Below are positions 29,378-37,592 of a stretch of DNA of 64,000 bases, one piece after another. The stretch spans positions 128,001 to 192,000 of the forward strand of contig CBDBHE010000006.1 in the NCBI GenBank assembly GCA_965205605.1, read 5' to 3'. Below the pieces are notes generated by a model. It searched no databases and was not told where the DNA came from. It saw nothing but the letters and a program-made list of their open reading frames with translations. The translations under genes and the position numbers were made by a program. The stretch comes from Spirochaetota bacterium (GTDB lineage: Bacteria; Spirochaetota; UBA12135; COTS27; CBDBHE01). Positions within the stretch are counted from its first letter, which is position 1; each line of letters starts with the position of its first letter.

Positions 29378-30451
29378 TTAATTTTTATTTTTACAAATAG
29401 TGTAATGTAAGTACTCTATTGTTTTAGTTGATTTATAATTTCTTTTTTTGGCATGATCTGCTTTAAATCGAGAATGTTGTTGCTTAAAACAACCATAATC
29501 TCCCCTAAGACTCATAATTTTTTTGATGTCATCTAAAGCCATCAGACCTTCATTGTTGTAGCTTAAAAAAATATACTTAAAATCTGCATTTAAAATGAGA
29601 TCTTTAAAAACTTCTTTTACTTTTTTAACCTGACAATAAAGAGACTTTTCTTTAGAATAATCTCTTAAACCTGTTTTTCCATGTATTTTAGGATGGTCAT
29701 ATTTGGTGATGGTTTCTAATAAATGATAGTTGGCTCCGTATTGTCTTTGATTGTAAGGAGGATCGAGATATAAAACATCTCCTTTGATTTTTTTGATCAA
29801 TTGATTGGTGTCGCTATTAAAAATTTGATGTTTTTTTGAATTAATAATGAGTGCACTAGGTTTTAAAACTAAAGAATAAGAAGCTGATTTTTTTAGTTTT
29901 TTTAAAAAAGCTCCATAAACAGATGCCGTATTGGCATACTGGTCGATAGAATTAATTAAACTTGCAAGCAAAAAGTAATACTCATCTAAGTTAATTAATG
30001 TTTCATTCTTCCAATGTTCTATGGTTTGACGAATGGCATCACATTTCATGGCATTTTCTTTTGAAAAATAAAGTCTTTTATTATTTTTAGGAGACCCTTC
30101 AAAGCAATAATTTTGATAGATAAAGCCTTTAATATTTTTTACATGGCTGAGGTAGTTACAAACTATTTTTTTTCGATTTTCTATTACTTCATTTTTTAAT
30201 ATAGGAATAACACTTATGAGTTGATTAAAGAGAAGTTTTTTATTGTTTCCAATGAAATGCCTACTTAGAACGTAGCTATAATATTGGATATCATTTGCAA
30301 TAATAGAAAATCCTTTTTTTTTAAAATAAGCACCAACCACGCCTGTACCAGCGAATAAATCACAAAAAATAAGGGAGTCTTTGTTAATAATTTGAGTGAT
30401 AGAAGCATCTAAAAAAGGAAGGAGAGATTGTTTACTACCAATATAATTCAT
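29378..30451 (-). CDS. DNA N6-adenine methyltransferase, M.NlaIII/M.HpyI-like (probable CATG), orphan
   Basis: Start re-assigned to MNYIGSK at 30451; [51 protein letters not shown]. Confidence 0.87.
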   Translation of the reverse strand: MNYIGSKQSLLPFLDASITQIINKDSLIFCDLFAGTGVVGAYFKKKGFSIIANDIQYYSYVLSRHFIGNNKKLLFNQLISVIPILKNEVIENRKKIVCNYLSHVKNIKGFIYQNYCFEGSPKNNKRLYFSKENAMKCDAIRQTIEHWKNETLINLDEYYFLLASLINSIDQYANTASVYGAFLKKLKKSASYSLVLKPSALIINSKKHQIFNSDTNQLIKKIKGDVLYLDPPYNQRQYGANYHLLETITKYDHPKIHGKTGLRDYSKEKSLYCQVKKVKEVFKDLILNADFKYIFLSYNNEGLMALDDIKKIMSLRGDYGCFKQQHSRFKADHAKKRNYKSTKTIEYLHYTICKNKN

Positions 30452-30484
30452 TGATTTGTTTAAAATAGAAGAGAATAAAAAAAT

Positions 30485-30569
30485 CGGAGAGACAGGGATT
30501 CGAACCCTGGGTACCTTTCGGTACAACGGTTTTCAAGACCGCCGCTTTCGACCACTCAGCCATCTCTCC
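30485..30569 (-). tRNA. tRNA-Ser (anticodon TGA), CCA not encoded
   Basis: GGAGAGATGGCTGAGTGGTCGAAAGCGGCGGTCTTGAAAACCGTTGTACCGAAAGGTACCCAGGGTTCGAATCCCTGTCTCTCCG. Confidence 0.95.
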
Positions 30570-30633
30570 AATAAAAGAGAAGGTTGTATTATATAATAGC
30601 TTTATTAGTTTTTTAAATTAAAATTAAAAACAA

Positions 30634-30891
30634 TTATGGATCTTTTTTAAGGTTTGATTTTATTTTAAAAAAATTTTTATATTGATTGGATCCAAACCAA
30701 TTTGTCCAGCTTTTCCACCCTTTGTTTTGATAAAAGACATCTGGATTGCTCGGAATGTTAGAAGGTTTTTTCTCTTTGTTTTTTAGTTTTCCTTGAGAAT
30801 AATAAAACCAGTCTTTTCGAGTTTTAAGTTTAAGCTTCCAAACATATTTTTGTGCTTGCTTAAAGGAGAGAAAATTTTCTTTTGATGTCAT
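30634..30891 (-). CDS. Small protein consisting of one 'integrase repeat'-like unit
   Basis: FLSFKQAQKY...LKTRKDW..Y.....KPSNIPSNP...Y...GW.SW..WFG; start re-assigned to ATG 30891, which overlaps the upstream TGA (TGATG). Confidence 0.6.
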   Translation of the reverse strand: MTSKENFLSFKQAQKYVWKLKLKTRKDWFYYSQGKLKNKEKKPSNIPSNPDVFYQNKGWKSWTNWFGSNQYKNFFKIKSNLKKDP

Positions 30892-31235
30892 CAGTCTTGA
30901 GATTTGATTTGTTTTAAAAGGAGGAGGATATTTTTTTTGATGAGAAGCCACTCTTCTGAATTCAAAATTAATTGAAGATTTTTTTGAGATTTTTTTGTGT
31001 AATTACTTATGAGCGTATCAATGGTTTCAATAAGTTTTTTTTCTTGCTCATTAAAAAGAGCCTTAAAAATGAAGTCGTCTTTTAAATAAATATCTTCTTT
31101 CCAAAAATTGTGAATTTCTTTTGAATAATTTTTTGAAGGTAGGTTTATTAAATATTGATTTAATCTTTCTTTGGAAGATAAAAGCATTAAGTTTGATTTT
31201 ATTATTTCGGAAACATCTTTTTTTTTTATTTTCAT
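30891..31235 (-). CDS. Hypothetical protein
   Basis: 114 aa ATG ORF, translationally coupled to the downstream ORF. Confidence 0.55.
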   Translation of the reverse strand: MKIKKKDVSEIIKSNLMLLSSKERLNQYLINLPSKNYSKEIHNFWKEDIYLKDDFIFKALFNEQEKKLIETIDTLISNYTKKSQKNLQLILNSEEWLLIKKNILLLLKQIKSQD

Positions 31236-31398
31236 GGATCAACTAAAAGCTTATTTTAATCCCATTTTTTATAAAATAAAGGTAAGATTCATTAAGAAAT
31301 TTAAACATAAAAAGTGTTTTTTTATTAATAACATCAATATTAAATGCTATAAACGGGTAAATGATTTTTTTTTAGAGTTTTAATTTTAAAAATTTTCA

Positions 31399-31983
31399 AT
31401 GTTTTTAATTGTTGGTCTTGGAAATCCTGGAAAAAAATATACATATACACGTCATAATATTGGCTTTTTAGTTATTGATCAATTAGTTTCTAGGCTTAAT
31501 ATAGAGAACTCTTTTAAAAAACATAAAGCAATTATTTTTGAAGGGATGCTTAATAAAGAGAAAATTCTTTTAGCTAAGCCGCAGACTTTTATGAATCTTT
31601 CTGGAAATTCGGTGATGCTTTTGAAACAATTTTATAAACTAGGATCTCATCAAGTACTTATTATTACAGATGATTATTATCAGCCATTTGGTTTTTTAAG
31701 AATACGTTCCAAAGGGTCTTCAGGGGGACATAATGGTTTGGAGTCGATTATCAAACACCTCAGTGAAGATTTTGTTCGTATTCGCTGTGGGGTTGGGAAT
31801 AATCAACAAAAAATCCCGATGGTTTCTTTTGTTTTAAATGACTTTACCTCTAAAGAAAAAAAAGATTTAAATGATTATTTAAAGGTTATTGTTGATTGTT
31901 TAATTTGTTGTCTTCAAGAGGATTTTAAAAAAGCTTCTAACACCTTTTCTAATAAGTATTTTATGGAGCTAACTTCCTTGTAA
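31399..31983 (+). CDS. pth: Peptidyl-tRNA hydrolase
   Basis: LIVGLGNPG..Y..TRHNIGF, KPQTFMNLSG, GGHNGL. Confidence 0.96.
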   Translation: MFLIVGLGNPGKKYTYTRHNIGFLVIDQLVSRLNIENSFKKHKAIIFEGMLNKEKILLAKPQTFMNLSGNSVMLLKQFYKLGSHQVLIITDDYYQPFGFLRIRSKGSSGGHNGLESIIKHLSEDFVRIRCGVGNNQQKIPMVSFVLNDFTSKEKKDLNDYLKVIVDCLICCLQEDFKKASNTFSNKYFMELTSL

Positions 31984-32597
31984 TGATAAAAAAAATTGTG
32001 ATTGCGACTCAAAACCAACATAAATTATTAGAAATAAAAAAATGGTTAAAAAAAGATTTTTATCCTTCTTCTTTAAAAGATTTTACTCCTATTGGAGCGA
32101 TTAAAGAAACGGGGGGCAGTTTTTTTGAAAATGCTTTGATTAAAGCGAAAGCTGTTTTTAAGCATACGAGGATGGCGTCTTTGGCTGAAGATTCTGGATT
32201 GCTTATTGATGCTTTGGGAGGGGAGCCTGGGATTAATTCAGCTAGGTACGCAGGTGAGCATTCAAGTACAGAAAGTCTTATTAGAAAAGTTTTAAGAAAA
32301 ATGAAACCTTATGAAGGTTTAAATAGAAAAGCTTGTTTTCATTCTACATTTGTTTTTTATTTTTGTTCTACTGAAGGTGAGGAAGTTATTTTAAAATCAG
32401 AGGGAAATATTTTTGGTTTCATTGCTAAAGCCCCTCAAGGAAATCAAGGGTTTGGATATGACCCCATTTTTATCCCAAAAGGCTATGAGAAAACATTTGG
32501 ACAGCTTGGAAGTGAAGCCAAAGACAACATCTCTCATCGGGCTAAAGCATTAAAAAAAATGCTTGGTCTGCTAGAAAAAACTAAACACTACATTTAG
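31983..32597 (+). CDS. rdgB: Non-canonical purine NTP pyrophosphatase (RdgB/HAM1)
   Basis: ATQN.HK..E, ENA..KA, EDSGL, GFGYDPIF, SHR. Confidence 0.95.
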   Translation: MIKKIVIATQNQHKLLEIKKWLKKDFYPSSLKDFTPIGAIKETGGSFFENALIKAKAVFKHTRMASLAEDSGLLIDALGGEPGINSARYAGEHSSTESLIRKVLRKMKPYEGLNRKACFHSTFVFYFCSTEGEEVILKSEGNIFGFIAKAPQGNQGFGYDPIFIPKGYEKTFGQLGSEAKDNISHRAKALKKMLGLLEKTKHYI

Positions 32598-33235
32598 TCT
32601 GCATACTCAAAAACATTCCAATCACTGCTTGTGGCTTCTTTAAGTAAAAAGATGTAAATTTTGTCTTCACTATCTTTTAAGAAATCAATACTATTCCTGT
32701 GGGATCCTGAGGCTTGTTCAAATTGTACGCTTTCTCCCGACTTTAACATAATCGAATCTTCTAATGGAGTTTCTAAATCATAAGCGTCGGGTCCATCATC
32801 TTCTTCTTCTGCCTCTACTATTACTACCTCTTCACCATCTTCTGTAAATATATCTATAAGTGTCTCTATAGCTGCTGCTGCTATAAAGTCAAGAGTTGTA
32901 AATTCTCCATTTTGGATGTTTCTGATATAAGCTTTTACGTAAGCTGTTTGATAACCAGGTCTAGAAGCTTCAAAAAGAATGGTACGTTTTTCTATTGTAT
33001 CACCTTCTAAACGAAAAGAGCCATTAGAGTCTGTTGTTGTTGAGGTATTTCCAGAGCGTATTGTGATGCGATTATCGCCTTCTTGATAATCAAAAGTATT
33101 ATCAGTGCTATTGGAGCTGGGGTCTTCTAAAAAAACTTTTCCATTGATGGCAAGAGTTTCGTGAGTACCACAAGAAAAAATTAAAAATAAGCTTACAGAA
33201 AAGATTATTTTTTTATTGTTTCTTATTATCATCAT
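32594..33235 (-). CDS. Acidic lipoprotein with a carboxypeptidase-regulatory-like beta domain
   Basis: Lipobox LIFSC; TTTDSNGSF.L.G...ASRPGY pattern; Asp/Glu-rich. Confidence 0.6.
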   Translation of the reverse strand: MMIIRNNKKIIFSVSLFLIFSCGTHETLAINGKVFLEDPSSNSTDNTFDYQEGDNRITIRSGNTSTTTDSNGSFRLEGDTIEKRTILFEASRPGYQTAYVKAYIRNIQNGEFTTLDFIAAAAIETLIDIFTEDGEEVVIVEAEEEDDGPDAYDLETPLEDSIMLKSGESVQFEQASGSHRNSIDFLKDSEDKIYIFLLKEATSSDWNVFEYAD

Positions 33236-33238
33236 TTT

Positions 33239-34618
33239 TTAAAAATTTAAATTTAATCCCAACTGGTAATGACTTTCTTGGTCATTAAATGTATAAAAAT
33301 AAGGTTTAATAGAAAGATTTTTATTATGGTAAGAAAAAAAGGGATTTTCAGATGCTGGGTAAGTTGCATCAATAATGTTAAAAAAATGAATGATGGCTCC
33401 AATGACAGTGAACGTCCATCCAGTAAAGTGAATCCCAAATAAAATATCTCTTTCTAATTGGCCTTTTCTTGAGGTTTCGTTTCCATTATTGTCAAAGGTT
33501 TTCCCATTTTTTTCAATCACGTCTTCAAATCGTCTTAATGAAGCAACCCCTTCGTCAAAACCTCCCAAAGCCATAGGGAGTCCTATTCCAAAACAGATGG
33601 CTTCGTAAAAAATAAAAGCAAAACCGACGCCACTTTTTCCATTGATGATTTGACTTGCTCCAGGAATGAAGATACTAGCAATACCAGAAGGGAAGTGAAA
33701 TTGTCGTTCAATTACTTCTAGTGTTTGACCGACTTGTAACTGGTGAAAGTCTCCATCAGAAAAGATTTTGGCTTCTGAATAGTTTTCTTCTATTTCTGTA
33801 ACAATTAAAGTGGCGACTTTTTTTTTTAAAAAAACAGTTTTTCCATCATAGTTAATTTTTTCTTTTTTGTAAACCTTTAGATTAGATTTTGCAAATAAGC
33901 CATTTTTTTTTCCTAAGTTGATTATTATTTTTTGATCTTTTTTTTTAAGGGCAATAATTTTTCCAGTAAGCTTCATGTCTTTGATAAGGTTAACAATTAG
34001 ACTTTTAGCTGATTTTTGTAGTAGATTTTTGGTAATTTTTCTTTTTTCGCTTTGACTTAATCTTTTAGGGGCTTTTTTTGAAACGCTCGCTTGACCTGTT
34101 TTAATTTCTGAAACTTCACCTGTTTCTGAATTAATAAATTTTCCAGAAATTTTAGTGGAAAAAGAATAAGGGGTAAAATATTTAACCACTTTTTCATAAT
34201 ACCATTGTGTTTTTTTCTTTCCTTTTTTGTTGTAGGTCACTAATGGTTTTTTGACTAGCTTTACTTTTCTAACTTCATTTCCCTCTACAACGGAAACATC
34301 GACAATATCCCCAATTACTAGGTATTCGATGTTTAAAATTTCACTGATTTCTTTGGTTTCATCCGCTGTCGTTAACCCTGAAAGGACGAGTTCTTTTTCT
34401 TTTAAAACTTTGTCTAAATTTTCTCTGTCAACAATCTTAAATCGCTTTGTTCGAAAAAGATATTCGCTAATAGTTTGATTGACAACAGCTAGATATTCTT
34501 TTGATTTTTTTGTTTTATCACCAAAACCAGTAATTGCAATATTGATTTTTTCTCCTTGTCCAGCCAATAGAGAAAAAGACAAAATTAAAAAAATAAACCA
34601 TTTACTTTTTTTAATCAT
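33239..34618 (-). CDS. CsgG/HfaB-like exported protein with FlgT-C-like domain and hydrophobic C-terminal region
   Basis: Signal peptide; RFKIVDRENLDKVLKE.EL..SGL, IN.ETGEV; INLGK..G; ends YQLGLNLNF. Confidence 0.7.
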   Translation of the reverse strand: MIKKSKWFIFLILSFSLLAGQGEKINIAITGFGDKTKKSKEYLAVVNQTISEYLFRTKRFKIVDRENLDKVLKEKELVLSGLTTADETKEISEILNIEYLVIGDIVDVSVVEGNEVRKVKLVKKPLVTYNKKGKKKTQWYYEKVVKYFTPYSFSTKISGKFINSETGEVSEIKTGQASVSKKAPKRLSQSEKRKITKNLLQKSAKSLIVNLIKDMKLTGKIIALKKKDQKIIINLGKKNGLFAKSNLKVYKKEKINYDGKTVFLKKKVATLIVTEIEENYSEAKIFSDGDFHQLQVGQTLEVIERQFHFPSGIASIFIPGASQIINGKSGVGFAFIFYEAICFGIGLPMALGGFDEGVASLRRFEDVIEKNGKTFDNNGNETSRKGQLERDILFGIHFTGWTFTVIGAIIHFFNIIDATYPASENPFFSYHNKNLSIKPYFYTFNDQESHYQLGLNLNF

Positions 34619-34625
34619 TTTTTTT

Positions 34626-34674
34626 ATTTTACTATTTTACTATACTTTTTTTTTATTTTACTATACTTTTTTTT
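34626..34674. repeat. Tandem direct repeat (ATTTTACTATAC-T8/9) x2 plus a partial copy
   Basis: ATTTTACT (34626-34633), ATTTTACTATACT9 (34634-34654), ATTTTACTATACT8 (34655-34674). Confidence 0.8.
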
Positions 34675-34735
34675 ATCTCTTACAAGAGAGGATGTTTGGT
34701 GATATAGTAAACTCATGAAATAGGGATTTGATTTT

Positions 34736-35152
34736 ATGAAGTTTTTTTATTTTTCTGTTTTTTCTTTAAGTCAGTGTTTTTTGATATTTTCTTGCTTTGG
34801 AGGTGACCGCAAACAAAAAAAAACATTAACCCCTAAAGAACAGCTTATTTCCGAAGGACAGAAGATGTATCATATAAGAGGTTGTGTTAAATGTCATGGC
34901 TTTAAAGGAGATGGAAAAGGGCCTCTTATGATGACGTATCGGGGGACGTATCGGGCACGTGATTTTTCTAATTTAAAAGCGTATCGACAAGGGAGTAATT
35001 TAAAACAAATGATGCAGACCATTAAAGTAGGCATTACCAATGTCAAAACAACGATGCCAGCATTTCCTTACTTATCTGAGAAAGAAAAACTCTCTATAGC
35101 AACTTATATTATTTATCTTAGAGAGCTTTCTTTAAAATCAACTAATTTTTAA
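34736..35152 (+). CDS. Monoheme c-type cytochrome (probable lipoprotein)
   Basis: LIFSC lipobox, CVKCHG..GDGKGP, RDF, MPAF. Confidence 0.85.
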   Translation: MKFFYFSVFSLSQCFLIFSCFGGDRKQKKTLTPKEQLISEGQKMYHIRGCVKCHGFKGDGKGPLMMTYRGTYRARDFSNLKAYRQGSNLKQMMQTIKVGITNVKTTMPAFPYLSEKEKLSIATYIIYLRELSLKSTNF

Positions 35153-35158
35153 TTTGCT

Positions 35159-35980
35159 TTGGAGCCATTGGTTGTTTTCGAATCTATTTTAAAAAGTCCT
35201 CTTTTTAAATCTAAAGAACAGAATTTAAGAAAAAAAATTAGAGGTTTAAAAAAAGTGATTGTTGCTTTTTCTGGAGGGGTGGATTCTTCTGTTGTGGCCA
35301 AAGTGTCTTCACAAGAGCTAGGGAAAGGGGCTTTGGTTTTAATTGGGGATTCACCTAGTCTTTCTAGAGAAAATTTAAAAATAGCCACTCAGATTGCAAA
35401 AGAGCATCATTTTTATTTTAAAACAGTGAATGTTTTTGAGCATTATAATCCAAAGTATTTTAACAATCCTAAAAATAGGTGTTTTTTTTGTAAATTTGAG
35501 CTTTATGAAACTTGTAAGCAAGTCAAGTTGAAAGAAAATTATGAGGCTATTTTAGATGGAAGTCATATAGATGATTTAAGTGATGATCGACCGGGGGAAG
35601 GAGCTGCAAAAAAAAAGGGGGTTGTAAGTGTTCTTAAGCAATTTGAGTTTAACAAAAAAGAAATACGAGCTTTTGCGTATCAATTAAAACTTAAAAATTA
35701 TCAAAAAATAGCTGAGCCTTGTCTTGCTTCACGTGTACTAACAGGAATTAAAATAACAAAAAAGGTTTTAAATAAAGTAGAACAAGCAGAAGCTTTTTTA
35801 AAAAAATTAGGATTTTTAGAAGTACGAGTACGGTATCATGGTAATTTTGCTAAAATTGAAGTTCCTTTTTTAAAAATAAAAAATCTTTTTTCTTTTAAAA
35901 AAATTATAGAAACTCGCTTTAAAAAAATCGGTTTTGAGCATATTACTATTGATTTAATAGGGTTAAAAAAGAGCTTTTAA
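35159..35980 (+). CDS. larE: LarE-like ATP-dependent sulfur transferase (PP-loop)
   Basis: AFSGGVDS, NRCFFCK, DDLSDDRPG, PCLASR, VRVRYH; TTG start. Confidence 0.85.
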   Translation: MEPLVVFESILKSPLFKSKEQNLRKKIRGLKKVIVAFSGGVDSSVVAKVSSQELGKGALVLIGDSPSLSRENLKIATQIAKEHHFYFKTVNVFEHYNPKYFNNPKNRCFFCKFELYETCKQVKLKENYEAILDGSHIDDLSDDRPGEGAAKKKGVVSVLKQFEFNKKEIRAFAYQLKLKNYQKIAEPCLASRVLTGIKITKKVLNKVEQAEAFLKKLGFLEVRVRYHGNFAKIEVPFLKIKNLFSFKKIIETRFKKIGFEHITIDLIGLKKSF

Positions 35981-36079
35981 AGAAGGCTGTTTATTGATTC
36001 TTTCTTAGGGTAGAGATTTAATTGATAGTATAATTTTATTTTTATTTTTAAAAACTCATAAAGAGAGGTTATTGATTTT

Positions 36080-36652
36080 ATGGTTGGAACAAATTATTTA
36101 AAAAAAGGAATTACCATTAAGAAGGTAAATAAATTGTGGTTTGTTATTAGTAGTTTTTTTGTCAAACCTGGAAAAGGAGCCGCTTTTTATAAAGCGAAGC
36201 TTAGGGAAATAAAAACAGGAAAAGTGGTTGAATACACTTTTAAATCAGGTGAGGAAATTGATTTAGTTGATACGGAAAGAAGAAATGTACAGTTTTTGTA
36301 TCAAGGTAGGCAAGAGTATGTTTTTATGGATGAGGAAAATTATGAACAATATCATTTAAAGATAGATATTGTAGGAGAAGAAGTTGCTCGGTTTTTAAAA
36401 GAAGAACAAAAGCTTGTTTTATTTTTTGTTGAAGAAGAGCCGATTAGTATAAGTTTTGTGAAGCAAAAATTATCTTTTAAAGTTGTAGAAGCTCCTCCGG
36501 GAGTAAAAGGAGATACAGTTAGTAATGCCTTTAAAACAGTGACGATTGATTCAGGAGCTAAGATACAAACGCCTCTTTTTATTAAAGAGGGCGAAGAGAT
36601 TATTGTTAATGTTGAAACGGGCGAATATTGCGAAAGAACGAAGGGTAATTAA
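36080..36652 (+). CDS. efp: Translation elongation factor P
   Basis: VKPGKG.AF, QFLY, FMD.ENYEQ, PGVKGDT, PLFI. Confidence 0.95.
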   Translation: MVGTNYLKKGITIKKVNKLWFVISSFFVKPGKGAAFYKAKLREIKTGKVVEYTFKSGEEIDLVDTERRNVQFLYQGRQEYVFMDEENYEQYHLKIDIVGEEVARFLKEEQKLVLFFVEEEPISISFVKQKLSFKVVEAPPGVKGDTVSNAFKTVTIDSGAKIQTPLFIKEGEEIIVNVETGEYCERTKGN

Positions 36653-36664
36653 AAGCAAATTGTA

Positions 36665-37555
36665 TTAAGTTTTATAAAGATAAGCGACTTGTTTTTCATA
36701 GCCATTGTAAGGCAGGGTTTTTTGGATTTTGTTGCTACCGATTAGTCTTTCCCATTTTTGGGACCACCTAGGGTGAGGTACTTTGGGGTTAACATTAGAG
36801 AAAAAGCCGTATTCTTTTGGAGCGACATCGTTCCAAAAAGTGGCTGGTTTTTTATTGGTGAATTCGATTGAAACAATACTTTTAATACTTTTATAGCCAT
36901 ATTTCCAAGGAGTAATGATTCTTACAGGGGCTCCATTTTGTTTTGGAAGTGCTTTCCCATACATTCCAATCGTCAATAAAGTAAGAGGATTTAAGGCTTC
37001 ATCTAGTCGCAGTCCTTCATAATAAGGCCAAGGATAATAGGGGGCTGTTTTAATACCAGGCATTTGTTTGGGTTTGTAAGCGGTTACAAATCGAACATAT
37101 TTTGCTTTTTTAAGAGGCTTGGCGTCTTTTATAATATCTCTAAAAGCGATTCCCATCCAAGGTACAACCATTGCCCATTTCTCAACACATCGAAATCGAT
37201 AGATCCTTTCCTCAACATTAAAACGCTTGGTATATGAATACAAATCTACTTTTTTTTGATTTTCACAAAGACCTTTAATTTCTATTTCCCAAGGATTGAT
37301 TTCAAATCGACGTGTGTTTTTTATTACTTTTTCTTTATCAAGACCAAACTCATAAAAGTTATTATAACTAGTTGCTATTTTTTCGTTTGTTATTTGTAAG
37401 TTAGTTTTTTTTTTGGCTTTAATAAAGGAAGCAAGACTAAAAGTAGTTGCTAAAAGAGCTGTTTTTTTTATGAAGCTTCTTCGATGATTAAAAATAGATT
37501 CATCAGTAACGTCATTTTCAGTTAAAGCCCATTCTTTTTTTTGATGATAATGCAT
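36665..37555 (-). CDS. msrP: Periplasmic protein-methionine-sulfoxide reductase, molybdopterin catalytic subunit
   Basis: Tat signal HRRSFIK, YNNFYEFG, RFRCVE.W, QNGAP.R, PWKYG.KS.K, HPRWSQ. Confidence 0.94.
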   Translation of the reverse strand: MHYHQKKEWALTENDVTDESIFNHRRSFIKKTALLATTFSLASFIKAKKKTNLQITNEKIATSYNNFYEFGLDKEKVIKNTRRFEINPWEIEIKGLCENQKKVDLYSYTKRFNVEERIYRFRCVEKWAMVVPWMGIAFRDIIKDAKPLKKAKYVRFVTAYKPKQMPGIKTAPYYPWPYYEGLRLDEALNPLTLLTIGMYGKALPKQNGAPVRIITPWKYGYKSIKSIVSIEFTNKKPATFWNDVAPKEYGFFSNVNPKVPHPRWSQKWERLIGSNKIQKTLPYNGYEKQVAYLYKT

Positions 37556-37592
37556 TTTTATAGGATTTGCTTCTTAAAGAGAAAACGAATCA

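Noticed and set aside
30452-30526. 25-aa N-terminal extension of the methyltransferase in the ORF track
   Set aside because: Overlaps tRNA-Ser(TGA); this MTase family starts at MNYIGSK (30451)
30485-30569. Possible selenocysteine tRNA (long variable arm, TCA visible on the + strand)
   Set aside because: The gene is on the - strand with anticodon TGA and a normal 7-bp acceptor stem, so it is tRNA-Ser
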